This document shows positions 39,038-51,974 of a DNA stretch of 64,000 bases, in pieces. Within the stretch, counting starts at the first letter, position 1. Each line of letters opens with the position of its first letter. Under the pieces are notes generated by a model. It saw nothing but the letters and a program-made list of their open reading frames with translations. It did no database searches and was not told the DNA's origin. The DNA is from Azolla caroliniana (lineage: Eukaryota > Plantae > Polypodiophyta): NCBI GenBank assembly GCA_043228905.1, contig JBHGNT010000006.1, positions 10,912,001 through 10,976,000 of the forward strand. Direction: 5' to 3'. Made by a program: the position numbers and the translations under genes.

Positions 39038-42000
39038 AAAAGGCCACCCCCACCGACCTTGAGCTCCCGTAGCGTTATGTCAGTGAACCGGTGCCCTATG
39101 CCAGCCGGATTCCGTAAACTTGGGTCCAACGCGACCCCTTTTATCCGCTCCTCGCTGCCCTTCGGCAAGGGTGCCACGACTGGCCTCACCTTCCGGTCCA
39201 CAATCTTGTACTTTGTATCCACGCGGGCCATCCGATCCGACCTGATCCTTTCCTCGAAGTCTGCGATGACTTCGTACATTCCCATCGAACTAACCGGAAT
39301 GGTCCGGTCTTCTCTAAGGTCTTCACCGATCACCTTTCGCAACTCGCCCAAGGTGTCGTCAAAAGAGACCGCCTCCAGGGCGCCACTGATTTCTTCGTTG
39401 GGGGAGAGGACTCCGCATCCCCTGAGCCACTCCTCCGCTCGCTTCCTTTCCCAGCCGCTGACGCCGGCCATAGTACAACCTCCATTGTCGGAGAACCAAA
39501 ATTTCCTACCTATGGTACAAGTCTTCTTCCGTACGTTACATTTGTGGGGTTTTTCCCGGGTGTCCGGACTATCGCGGCCCCACGCCTTGATAACCCTCTC
39601 TAAAAATCCCCTCGGGTTTCGCCGCCGAGGGCCTCGCGGTTACGCTCATGGTTTGGTCGCACCGTCAGGAACTGGACCGAGTGACGCCCGTCCTGGCTCT
39701 TGACTCTTGCATAGGCCGAACCGTTGTCCAGCACCTTGGTCTCCATCCGTGCCATTGTGATGTTTCCTGCACGAAGAAATGTTGATCTATCTCGACATCA
39801 CCGATCTTTACGCGTACATTCGGGCACGCACCATGCAGCTCCTCCGTAGCACATGTCGCTGTGCGTATCTTCCACCCATGCTTGGTGTTGATCGGCCATT
39901 TACCCCTCTTGTAGAAATCCATGGACATCAGGTTGATTTCGGATCCATGGTCTACCAAGGCCACCACCGGTTCCGGAACGTCGCCGATCCGCACAGGGGT
40001 TTCCGTAGTTGCCCTGGCCCAATGCGGCTTCGCGTAGTGGCTTTCTGCCAACTCGTCTTCTAGGGCCGTGTCTTCTCAGTGCGTAGTCCGCACCTCCACC
40101 AGCTTCTCCAGTTCTGGCTCTGTCGAGAGCTTCTTCCGTTTTACCAAGTCTACGATGGAGTCATGGAACTCCCTCTTGGCGATTCCCAGCACCTCCCACA
40201 ACTTTACTGTCGAGCATTCGCTCTTCAAGGACCTTCCGTAGGTCCGTTGCTCTCTCGATTTCGGTGCTCAACCGAAACCCCGCTTACTTCTTCCCATCCG
40301 GCGCGCCTGGGTTGCCGGCACCGGTCGGTTTCGGTCCGAACCGGGTCTCGTACCTCTACGGGGGACCGACCCCTCCGGCCTTTCCTGCCCGTTTTCTCTT
40401 CGACCGGATCGTCCCATCCGGTGACCTCCTAGACCTGTTGTTCCATGCGGTCCGCCTCTTCCTTCTTCAGTCGAACTCCAGAGAGACCTTCTAGCACTAG
40501 CGGCCAAAATCGAGAGTCCTTCGTCTTCCGGGTCTCATCACCCCCGACCCGAATTCCCGCCGACATTGAGTAGTTAACGGCTTCTACATGCCGTGTCGCG
40601 GCCTCTTCCATCAACCTCTTCATTCGGTCGCGCCCTATATTCAGTTCTAGGGCTCTCCGGGTCTTGCTCGCGTGCACCCGCCCGTTCCAGAGGTACACCA
40701 CGTTGGTCCTGAGTGCGTCGGCAAAATCCGCGCAATCCTTCCGAATGTGACCGATCACGTCACACCACATGCACCGCTGCCCAGCCGGTGGCCTCCGGTC
40801 GCAAGGTTGTTCGCCGTTGTCTCTCCGGGCCTGTGCGATCTGCAGGTCACGCACCATCTGTGTCAGATCCTCTAGAGCCGCTCCTCCGGATGGGCCTTTG
40901 ACCACGTCGTTCGATGCCGACCCCAACTCCAGCCAAATTCGGGTCTCTTCTTACCGGCTGGCACCGATACCGGCTCCTCGAGCCTCCTTGCCGGGACCAG
41001 TCCTGACTCCGATGAGTTTCGTCGCTCCACTCGCACCGTTTGTCGAAACGGCTGCAGACCCGTTTTACCATGGCCCAGTCTACCGTGAGCCCTTCGTCCG
41101 TCTCCAATAGGGGACCCACCTTTTCCCTGTCGAGCGCGTCCACTGACTTGACAAACAGTAGTACTCTACTCGTTTCAAGAACGGTCCGGTCCAGCGTCAA
41201 CAGCCGCACGAACAGTTTCTCGAACTCCTGGAGGAGCGCCGACGTGTTCCTCCCTTTCCCGAGGCTTTCCACCCAAGCCATGAAGTCCCACCTCGACAAC
41301 CGAAGCAAGTCATCAAACCCGTACTTCTCGAGGAGCTGCAACTCGAACTCCTCCCAAGTCTGGCATCCGGCCAGCACCTCGAGCACCTCCGCGTGGATGC
41401 TCGGCGTCACCACCCGAGGGAATCCGAACAGCCGCCTATCCACCAGGATATCCCTCATGATCATTTCGGCCCGATAAGCCTCCAAATAACTTGTGGGATT
41501 CTTCCCACCAAATCGGCCTATGTTGTCAACAATCGATTCAATGGCTCTGTCGAGGGTACCCGTCCCCTCACGAGCGCTCACCAGCCAGTCGACGGCTACC
41601 TCCATTGTCTCTTCTAGCTCCGATCCCCTCATCTTCCGACTCCTTTGCCGCCGGTTCACGTCGGGTTCACCAATTATGTCGCGAAGTTTCGCGTTCACGT
41701 GTAGGAAGAGGCGGAACCACAAGGGTCTTGGATCAAGGAGAGAGTGTGAGAGAGAGAGAGAGAGTTGTAGATACACAGAAAGAAAATAAGAGCAAGAAAC
41801 AGGAATCCAATTACTATAATCAGTAGCTTACAACTCGAACAGTTACAACCGGCAACCCGGTAATGGACCTGACACGGGGTCCTACTCACGCACACAGACG
41901 ACAACCACACGACTCGAAGAAACAAAAAAAAGGGGGGGGGGGGCAGGGGAAGAGAGAGAGAGAGAGCCTCTGCTGGAAGCACATGGGCTGTCCACGAAGC

Positions 42001-42299
42001 AGAGGCAACGAACGACGATCGGAGGAGAGAGAGCTCGACCCTCGGTTCTGCAGCAACACTTTGTCCTTGCCAACGCTTTGTCCTTTTCTTCGTCCTCTCC
42101 CTCCTTAAATAGTTTATTCCTTGTCCCTTTCGACAGAGATACACACAAATCCCCTAATAAATGTGTACTACGTAGTATTTACATCAGCCGACCTAATTAT
42201 GAATCATGTACAAAATATCGATTCTCGCGTCCACCCAGTAAGAGCCGGTTCATACGCCTTTTTCTCCGATTCCGCCTATGGCCGGTTTTCTTCACGACA
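39038..42299 (-). mobile_element. Trp-lineage Gypsy copy E-: 5' LTR 41677-42299, gag, PR and start of pol
   Basis: PBS 41655-41672, gag ORFs 40429-41640, protease VDHGSEIN, frameshift site at ~39600-39609. Confidence 0.9.
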
Positions 42300-43877
42300 C
42301 CGTGCCCCTCGGCCTCTTCGTAGGCCCGCCCTCTCCTCTCTTCCGAATTGGTTATCCGGAAGTCCGCGCCGCCCGGTTCTCGTCCAGGTCCATCCGTCAT
42401 TCTCTGGATTGTCGAGTCTCGTTCTCTTGCCACCACCGTCCTTTCCTATAGGACTCACGTCGGCACTTGGGCCAACCGTCGGATCGGTGTGATGATCTCC
42501 GTAGGACTGGTCTTCATTCTCCGCTTGGTCCCTTGTACTTCTCCTAGACTTGTCGTTGCTCTCCTTGCTGCGTTCCCGCCTCCATCTTCCATCTCTTTCG
42601 GTCTCCCGTTGCTACGTCGGCCGAACTGCCGAAGTCTCCGGACAGGATGTGGGGTAACCGATTTCGCAACGTCTTTCGGCAACTCGTCCGGGGCCACCGA
42701 CCATTTTAGTGGTGTCGGTGGAAAGCATCCGCTCTGTGATCAACCAAGCCCCTCCTGGGCTTGATTCTCCAATGTCCGGAGTTTTGGCTCCGATGCCGAT
42801 ACTACCGGACTCGTTCTGAACCCTTGATCACCTTCTTCCCGATTCCCGACCTTCGCCTGGCCGGTCTTTCTCCCCATGTAAAAGAGGGCGGCTCGTTTTG
42901 CACCCTCTCCTATATCGGCACCTTCATGGCGATTCTGGCCCTGATCAAACAATCCACGACCGGATCGTGCTCCACCCGAATCGGAGCGTCGCACGGTTCG
43001 GTCCCCGGTCAGGTCGTTTCTTGGTCTCTTCGTCGACCTTCTCACAAGCCATCTCCCATCCATCTTCGTTGGCATTGTGCCAGGACTCCTCGATACCGTC
43101 ATCCATCTCCTCGGTCTCACATGGGCGTAAGGGCCCGAATGCCGAGTTCCCCGGATTTGGACCCGAGGGCTCTTGTTCGTTCCTTCCCTGTATCGTCTCG
43201 CCGGTGATTCCTGGTCTCACACCACCGCTTTCCTCCGCTCGGGACTCACGTGGGCACTCGAGCCCAACTGCCATCGTCTTGAGAGCAAGTGTGGGAAGAC
43301 GCGCAGAATCGCCCGTCCTATTTACGCCCTTGTCCGTAGCCACCAGCTCCTCGTGGTCGGTGGTCGTCCCTTTTTCCATCGCGCAAGCCCCGCCTGAGCT
43401 TGCTTCTCCAATGTCCGGAGTTTCGGGATGACGTGCCTAAAACCACCAATCCCAACGTTCTGATTCTGCATCGGCATCTCGGCCTTGTCCTTGGCCGTTC
43501 TATTTCCGCAAGCCGAGAGGGCATTGTCAGGAATAGTACTAAACAGAGAGAGAATTAGTACTAGAGAAGAGAAGTGCTATTAGTACTAAGAGGATGGGAC
43601 TGCGTAAGATTCCCGAGAGAGGAAGAGAGAAGGGAGAGAGAGAGAGATAGCAAGAATGAGAGAGAGAAAGATGATGACAGCAACTAATATATTATGTGAA
43701 AGATAAGTACAAGTGGCTAAGAGGCTTAAGACTGGCGTTGAACCAATTTGGTTCAAAACAATGCCTTGTGCCTCCTTTTATAGTGTTTTTAGGAATAATC
43801 CTGAAGCTTCTAGAAGTATACATCAATTTTCTATGATAAAACATAAATGAAAATAATATCTTACAAATTACAATTCA

Positions 43878-43935
43878 TAGTCTAATGGTAAGAGCTCGAC
43901 CCATGTAGCATAAGTTCATGGGTTCGAGTCTTGCC
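43878..43935 (+). ncRNA. tRNA-like Pol III cassette in the chromovirus 2 LTR (decayed copy at 49154-49212)
   Basis: tagtctaatgg ... ggttcgagtc with the same 43-nt A-B spacing. Confidence 0.55.
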
Positions 43936-46900
43936 ATATCATGACAGTATCTCCCCCTTAAAGACGACGAGTGGAACGAGTCGGCGTTGATTGCGAACCG
44001 GGTTTTGTCCGGATACTTTTAGTGGAAATCAACAAGAAGATCCTGAGCATTGACAACATGCTCGACGGGTTCCCAAGAACGTTCGCTTGGACTATAATCG
44101 AGCCAATCATCCATATAATAAAGTTTGTTGCGAACAAGTTTGGAATCGAGAATGGCAGCAACTTCATACTCTGGGCCGACGTCCAACTCCAGCGGGGGCG
44201 GCGGTGGTGTAACACGATTGGGAATAGTGTTTGCTTTATAAGGTTCAAGAAGAGAACAATGGAAAACCGGATGTATCTGAAGCTGCAGAGGGAGATCAAG
44301 GCGGAATGTGACATCATTAACCTTACCCGTAATACGAAAAGGACCGAGTCGTCGATAATCCAACTTGTTGCACGGTCGAGTAGTCTTGATGTGACGACGT
44401 AAGAGCCATACTCGATCTCCGATGGCAAAAGCGGGGGGAATCCGATTACGATCCGCATAAGTCTTATGTGTGTGTTGAGCATGACGAAGGTGAGTAGAGA
44501 GATCCATATGGATCTTGCGTAGCCTCTCCAAATGATCCTCGGCACGAGGATTGGTAGGTAGCTCCAAGGTGTTGATCACCAACCAACGAGGATGGAAACC
44601 GGTATAAGCGAAAAATGGGGAGACCCGAGTCGAGGAGTGAATAGCATTATTATACGCAAACTCCGCAAAGTGGAGAATCTCAGCCCAATCGTCCTGTTGA
44701 TAACTCAGGAAACACTGGAGATATTATTCGAGTGTTTGGTTTGTTCATTCCGCCTGCCCATCGGTCTGGGGATGGTAGCCGGAGGAGAGGTTGCAAGAGA
44801 CCTTGAGCATCTTGAAGAGATGTTGCCAAAATTTGAAGACGAATTGAGCTCCTCGGTCACTGATGATACTGTCTAGGAGGCCATAATGCCTAAATACCTC
44901 ACGCATGACGAGGGCGGCAGTTTCCTCGCTAGTGATGGCCTTAGTACACGGCACAAAATGTGCCATTTTCGTATATCGATCGATGACGGTTAAGATAGAA
45001 TCGAACCCCTTTGAGACCGGCAGATCGGTGATAAAATCAAGACAAATAGATTGCCACAACTTACTTGGAATCGGTAAGGGTTCCAACAAGCCGTATGGAT
45101 GGTGTCGTGGCATCTTTGCTCGATAGCAACCATCACAGGTTCGAACGTAGTCGTCGACAAAACGGCGCATGTGGGGCCACCAAAAAGATCGCTCCACTAG
45201 ATCCAACGTCTTAGTACTACCTAAATGTCTCGCCGTATCAGTGTCCTGAAATTTCTGGACGATTTGAAGGCGACAGGAGCAATCGGGGACATATACGCGC
45301 TTTTTAAAGAATAACAAACCATCATGATATTCGAATTGTCGGTAGTCAATACCTGGTTGTTGAGACTGAGAACAGGATGCCCGAGAAGTATCAATGTGCG
45401 CCAGGATGTCTTGAGCAAAACTATCCGTCTTCAAGTTTGCACGTATGTCATCGGTAATCCGTGAATCCATCGGGTTGTGAAAAATCCGCGTTGTGCGCAA
45501 TCGTGTTGGTCCCAAGATTACTTGCCTTTGATTATCAAATGTTGGATCACCAGGACGAGGTGCAAGATATGAACGCCGTGATTGTGCATCTGCTTTTCCT
45601 TGCTGCTTCCCCGGTCACGATGTGATTTTGAAGTCGAAACGCGTGAGGAATTGAGCCCAACGAGCTTGCCGTCGATTTAGTACACGAGCGTTCTGGAAAT
45701 AAGAAAGATTTTTATGATCACTAAAGACAATGACCTGATGTGGAGAGCCCTCTAAGAAATGGCGCCATTGCACACATGAATCCAGGATGGTTAACAACTC
45801 CTTGTCATGTATTTCGTAGTTGATTTCCACGACATCGAATTTGTGCGAATGGAAAGCCACAGGATGTAACTCTTCTTTATCTACTTGTTCAGAAAGGATG
45901 CTACCGAGGGCGAAATCTGATGTGTCGGCCTCCATGATGAATGGTTTTCTTGTATCCACATGAGCAAGAATCGATGCTGATGTAAATGCTTTCTTAAGAT
46001 GCCGAAAAGCCATATCTGCTTCATTGGACCAAGGAAATGTTTGTCCCTTCTTCATAAGTTGTGTGAGAGGTAAAATAATCTTCGAGTAATCCTGTATAAA
46101 CTTACGGCAGAAGTTAGCAAAACCTAGAAAACATTGTATATCTCGTACCGACTGTGGAATTTGCCACTCTAGTACAGTTTGGACTTTAGCTACATCCATG
46201 GCGATGCCCTTTGAGGAGATGACCTAGCCTAGAAATTCCACTTGCTTGCAGTCAAAGCTACATTTTTCTAGCTTGGCAAAAAGACCATTCTCGTGGAGTC
46301 GCATTAGTACTAATAGTACATGAGAATCGTGCTCTTCCTGGGTCTTCGAATAAATCAATAGATCATCCAGATAGATGATGAAACAGATATCCAAGAGGTC
46401 TCTGAATATATCATTTGCCATGTGTTGGAAGACTGCGGGTGCATTGGTTAGACCGAACGGCATAACAATATATTCACAATGCCCATACCATGTGCGAAAA
46501 GGCAGTCTTCCATTCATCTCTCGGTCGGATCCACACGGGGTTATACGCTCCTCGTAGATTGATCTTTGTAAAAAACTTGGCACCATTAACTCGCTCTAAA
46601 AGACTTGATATAAGAGGAAGTGCATACCTATTATGGATGGTGACTTTATTTAAGCCACGGTAATCAACGACGAGACGAAGTGAGCCATCTTTCTTCTTGA
46701 CAAAGAAGATGGGTGCACCGGCCGGAGATTTCGAATGACGAATGAACCCACTTGCCAAGTTCTCCTCTATGTAGGCTCAAAGGACTTCTAACTCGGTGGG
46801 TGACAAGTTGTAAATTGGTCCCCATGGTGGCTCGGTTCCTAGTTGTAAATCGATGGGACAGTCATAGGGACAGTGATGAGGAAGGGTACCAGCTTTTACC

Positions 46901-47113
46901 TTGTCAAATACATCGGCATAAGGATGATATTTTGTCGGAAGTTGTATTGAGTATTCCTTCTTAATAGTGGTGGAAGGATGTAATGATATTGCAAATAGGA
47001 ACATTGCCTCCTTGTGTCCTTCTTCGCGTAATTGATGGAGTGAAATGGTCGAAACTCGGTGAGTAGATTCTTGGGGTTGTCGATATCAGACTTCTCTTGT
47101 TCTCCAATCTATG

Positions 47114-47257
47114 GCTGGATTATGTAATTCAAACCAAGGTAATTCTAGGACAATAGGATGCTCTGGACTACTAATTATATTAAATGCTGGATTATGTAAT
47201 TCAAACCAAGGTAATTCTAGGACAATAGGATGCTCTGGACTACTAATTATATTAAAT
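47114..47257. repeat. 72-bp in-frame tandem duplication in the chromovirus 2 protease
   Basis: AFNIISSPEHPIVLELPWFELHNP occurs twice in ORF 47086-47604. Confidence 0.92.
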
Positions 47258-47771
47258 GCTACTACACACACAAAACTACCTAGGACAACTTGAATGGGTT
47301 CTGATTCTTCTACAATATTCCCGGAAGCAATGGGACGACCATCAATGACTACTACAAATGCGGGACAAGGAAGTTTTCTTAAGGATATCTGAGAAGCTTG
47401 GGCAAAATTTCGATCCATGACACAGGAATTAGCTCCGGAATCTAAAAGTGTTAGGACAGGTACTGGGGCAATACTTTTAGTACTAACAATGACTTGGGCT
47501 AGGAACACATTGCTAACTTGCTTGGAAGGAATGGAACCACTAATGGGTTGTACAGATCTTGGGCTATTGTCCAACCAAATGGCTCCTATTTTAGCTGGAC
47601 TCAATCGTTTAACTCTTCATCTAATTGACTAAGGATTTCAAATTTGTTTGAGATACTTCGACTATTAGTATTATTAATACTATCAAACACTCTATTAGTA
47701 CTATTAATAATATCAGACACTCCTAAGGGAAGAATTGACTCGGGTTTAGTACAGGCTACAATTTGATTTAC

Positions 47772-48758
47772 CTATCTTCTTGGCGTATGGGGACAACTGA
47801 TTGCGATAAGCCTTGGTCCACCGCAATAAAGACATAATCGATTTGCACGTCGTCGTTGCTTTTCTTCTTCCGATAACGGGCCGCATCGATGCATGGTATC
47901 GATCTCCATCAGTGTCGAAGTATTTGCTTGAGGTATGTCTCGTGCAAACAGTTTAGCCGCGACTGAGGCGTAAGTGGGCTCCGGCCTAGAGCGTGGTATC
48001 TGTAATTGACGTTCCGAACGTCGTTCGAAAAGACGGTTGTCACATCGGACCGCTCGACTGATTGCTTCCATAAGAGACTTTGGTTCTTCGAGGAGAGTTA
48101 GAAGTACATCTTTGACATCATTTCGTAGGCCATAGCGAAATTGCTCCATTAGTGCCTGATCATCCCAGGGGATATCTGAAGCGAGTAGGCGGAAATCCAC
48201 CGCGTAGGCAAAGGCTGGACGATCGCCTTGACGCAATCGTCGGATCTCGTTGATCACCGTCCTGATGTTGTCGGTGTCTCCAAAGCAGGCTTTAAACTCA
48301 TTAATAAAATCCTCAAAGTTATTAAGCAAGGGCGATTGTTTTTCTAGAAGCGGAGCGAACCATGCCAAGGCTGAGCCGCTAAGCAACGTGCCTATTAAGC
48401 CGACTCGGGATGCATAAGTGGGGTATCGGGAAGGATGCATTTGGATGACTAATCGTACCTGATTAAGGAATCCCCTAAATTGCGATTGCGTTCCATCAAA
48501 TTTCACAGGAAGTCCAATCTTCGGCTCTTTATGAAATCCTTGGGGACTTGATCCTTGTTCTTGCAATGCCACTTCAAGTTGTTGCACCTGTAACACTAAT
48601 TCCCCATGATGTTGTTGCGTTTGTTGTTTTTCTAGAGCGATTTGTTGCAGATCCCCTATCAGCCGTTGCTTTTCTTGTTCCAAGGCAACAAATTTTTCTT
48701 TTAGGCATTGTAGCTCGGAGAAAACGGATTGATATTCTTGGGCGCTAATAGTAGCCAT
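47772..48758 (-). CDS. Ty3/Gypsy Gag, 328-aa open frame
   Basis: P.KFDG..SQFRGFL, LSGSALAW, LRQG motifs and a degenerate LCLYCG zinc knuckle. Confidence 0.85.
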   Translation of the reverse strand: MATISAQEYQSVFSELQCLKEKFVALEQEKQRLIGDLQQIALEKQQTQQHHGELVLQVQQLEVALQEQGSSPQGFHKEPKIGLPVKFDGTQSQFRGFLNQVRLVIQMHPSRYPTYASRVGLIGTLLSGSALAWFAPLLEKQSPLLNNFEDFINEFKACFGDTDNIRTVINEIRRLRQGDRPAFAYAVDFRLLASDIPWDDQALMEQFRYGLRNDVKDVLLTLLEEPKSLMEAISRAVRCDNRLFERRSERQLQIPRSRPEPTYASVAAKLFARDIPQANTSTLMEIDTMHRCGPLSEEEKQRRRANRLCLYCGGPRLIAISCPHTPRR

Positions 48759-49223
48759 AGTATAGGGAAAAGGGTAGGCTTGAGACCAAATTGGTCCAAA
48801 TTGTCAGGAATAGTACTAAAGTAGAGATGGAATTAGTACTAAAGAAGAGGATGGGACTGCGTAAGACTCCCAAGAGAGAGAGAAAGAGAGAAGAGAAAAG
48901 AGAGATAGTGAGGATGAGAGAGAGAGATGATGATAACAGCCAATATATTATGTGAAGGATAAGTACAAAATGGCTAAGAGGCTTAAGACTGACGTTGAAC
49001 CAATTTGGTTCAACATAATGCCTAGTGCCTTCTTTTATAGTGTTCTCAGGAGTAATCCTGAAGCTTCTAGAATGTTCCAGAGAAATCTAGAATATACATT
49101 AATTTCCTATAATAAAACTTAAATGAAAATAATATCTTACGTATGATAATAGATGGTATAATGGTCAAGAGCTCGACCCATATAACATAAGGTTATGGGT
49201 TTGAGTTTTGCCATATCATGACA

Positions 49224-51974
49224 CGTTCGACGTCTTGTGACAAGGGAGCATTCGGGCGTGCCCATGCACCTCTCCTCATAAAGACGTACGGGCATTTGTG
49301 TTTGTGTTATCGTCCCCTTGTATGTTCATCTTGCGTGCTCATCTTTGCTTGTAGCCGTTTGATCACTTGGCTCATGCGGTGATCGGGAAGTGATCTTGTC
49401 GTAAAGCAAACCTCGGGTCTTCTCTATCCCTTCAGTACTCCCTAGTTCAAGACCCCCGTGGTCCCGCCCAAGTAACACACACGCTCTAAACTTCGCGACA
49501 CCGTTGGCCAGCACCTTCGTTTCCATCTGAGCCACCGTAATGTAAGGTTCGCTAAGAATCACCAGGTGGGGGGATGCCTCCTACACGAAGAAATGTTGGT
49601 CTATTTCGACGTCACCGCATTCACCCTGATGTTCAAGCACACACCATGAAGCTCTTTGGTAGCGCGGGTTGTTGCACGTATCTTCCAACCATGCGTCATG
49701 TTGATCGGCCACTTCTCCATTTTATAGAAATACATCGACATCAGATTGATTTCCGATCCATGGTCGATCAAAGCCACCACCGACTCCTTAACATTCCCGA
49801 TCCGGACCGGGGTCTCGGTCATCACTCTAGCCCAGTGTGGGTTCATATAATGGCTATCCGGAAACTCCTCTTTCATCGCCACCTCTTTGAGGTGGGCCGC
49901 CTTCACTTCGACCGGCTTCTCCGGCTTGAGCTCTGACGAGAGTCACTTCCTTTTTACCAAGTCCACGATGGAATCGTGGAATTCCTTCTTTGTGATTCCC
50001 AGCACCTCTCGTAACGAGAGCTCCACCTTCCTACCGAATTTGTCATCCTCTCTATTTCCAAGCTTAACTGGAAGCTCGGAATCTTCGCCTTCCCCTGTGG
50101 GCTGGGTAGGCCTCCATCATTCCTTTTTGACCCACTCCGAGTCTCATACCAGTTCAAGGATCGGCCCCTCCGACCATTCCAGCTCGGTTGTCCTCGACCA
50201 GAACCTCATAGTTATTGCATGCGGCTTCTACAAAGCCAGTTTTCTCTTCAACCAGACCATTCCATCTGGTGCCTTCTCGGACCTGCCTCTCCACGCGGTT
50301 TGCCTCTTCCTTCCGTAGCCTCACCCCCGATGTGCCTTCTAGTACAAACAACCAGAATCCGGTATCATTTCCGAATCCAATGCCCTTCTCTCTGCCGACA
50401 CCGAGTAGTGGATGGCCTCAACATTCCAGGCAGCGGGTTCTTCCATTATCCTCTTGATGTCGCCTCATCCGGTATTCACCTTGAGAGGCCTTCACGTGTC
50501 TCACGTGTGTATCCACCCGTTCCAAAGATACACAATATTGTTCTTGAGTGCTTCGGCAAAATCGGCGCACTCTCTTTGGATGTGGCCAACGGCATCGCAC
50601 CAAATGCATTGTTGGTCGACCAGAGGCCTCCGGTCACATGACTTTCTCCCGTCGTCTCTTTGAGCTTGCGTGATCTGGAGATCACGCACCATCTTCGTCC
50701 GCTCCTCCAGAGTTGTGCCCCCGGATGGGCCCCTGACCATGTCGGTCAGACTCGTGCCCGACTCAAGCCACCTTCATGTCTCTTCAATCCGTGTTAGAAT
50801 CGGTTCCTCCGGCTTCTTCCCGGCACCCGGGCCGGTCGCCAATGACCCCGCATCGTTCCATTCTCACCATTTGTCGAAACGGCTACAAACCCTTTTTACC
50901 ACAGCCCAATCGGTCGTGAGCCCTTCATCCGTCGCCAACAGGAGACCCACCTTTTCTTGATCGATCAGATCGACCGATTTGATAAACAATAGGACCTTGA
51001 TTGTGTCGCGCACAATCTGGTTCAACGCCGAGAGCCGCGCAAATCGTCTTTCGAACTCCTGGAGGACCGTCGATGTGTTCCTCCCCTTTTTAGGGATCTC
51101 GACCCACTCCATCAGCTCCCTCTTCAATAATCGGAGCAAGTTATTGAAACTGTATCTTTCAAGGAGCAGCTCCTTGAACTCCAGCCAACTTCAGTAGTTG
51201 GCCTGCATCTCGAGCACCTCTGCGTGGATGCTCGGCATAACTACCCGTGGAAACGCAGACAACCGTCTATCGTCCGGAACATCTCTCATCAGCATCTCAG
51301 CCTTGAAGGCCTCTAGGTAGTTCATGACGTCCTTTCCATTGAATCAGCCCATCGTGTCGACTACCATTTCCACGGCTCTATCGAGGCCTCTAGTGCTCTC
51401 ACGAGCGTTAGCCAAGCGGTCGACATCCACCGCCATTGCTTCGGCGAGTTTGCTTCCCCTCATTTTTGGACTCCTCTGCCACCCTTCTGTCGGGTTCACC
51501 AAAGATGTCGCGGTATTCCATGTGGATGTGTCGAAACGGAGGGGACTATGGGGGTCTCAGACCAAGGTCTTCTAGATATATTCGTCGGATCAGTTAACGG
51601 TCGCGTACCCAGTCCGGGTCGGTTCCCCAATGCCAGACAATGAGTGCACAAGATCATAGATGTGTTTTGTTCTGGACCGGTCCTTGGATAACGACTCGGG
51701 ACTCGGATAAACGCGGGCAACAAACTGAGACAAAATGGAGATGCGTACACAACACACAAAGAGAAATCAAATGCAATGAAACGAAATAGATTATTCAAAG
51801 AGGAATATGACCGGACCTGGCCGGTATCAGAGCTACGCGCTCTCGGAACACGGACACACATAGAAACTCAAGACGATGAACCTCTGGTCGGGAGCTCACG
51901 GGCTTCCTGTGCGAGTAGAGGCTTCACCTTCTTCCTAGGGTCGGTACAGAGCACGAGAGAGAGAGAGAGAGAGA
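49224..51974 (-). mobile_element. Trp-lineage Gypsy copy C: partial 5' LTR 51507-51974, gag and PR followed by non-pol sequence
   Basis: PBS remnant gtcgggttcacca at ~51489-51501 and protease IDHGSEIN. Similarity to the family stops after METKVLANG. Confidence 0.82.

Larger units (their letters stand above)
43525..49223 (-). mobile_element. Ty3/Gypsy chromovirus 2 (Tcn1/Tf1-like), full structure but degenerate; LTRs 43525-43946 and 48802-49223
   Basis: gag 47772-48758, protease LLDSGA, RT YLDD, RH, INT, chromodomain (EYEVAAILDSK...SWEP), PPT 43947-43960. No tRNA PBS. Confidence 0.92.
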
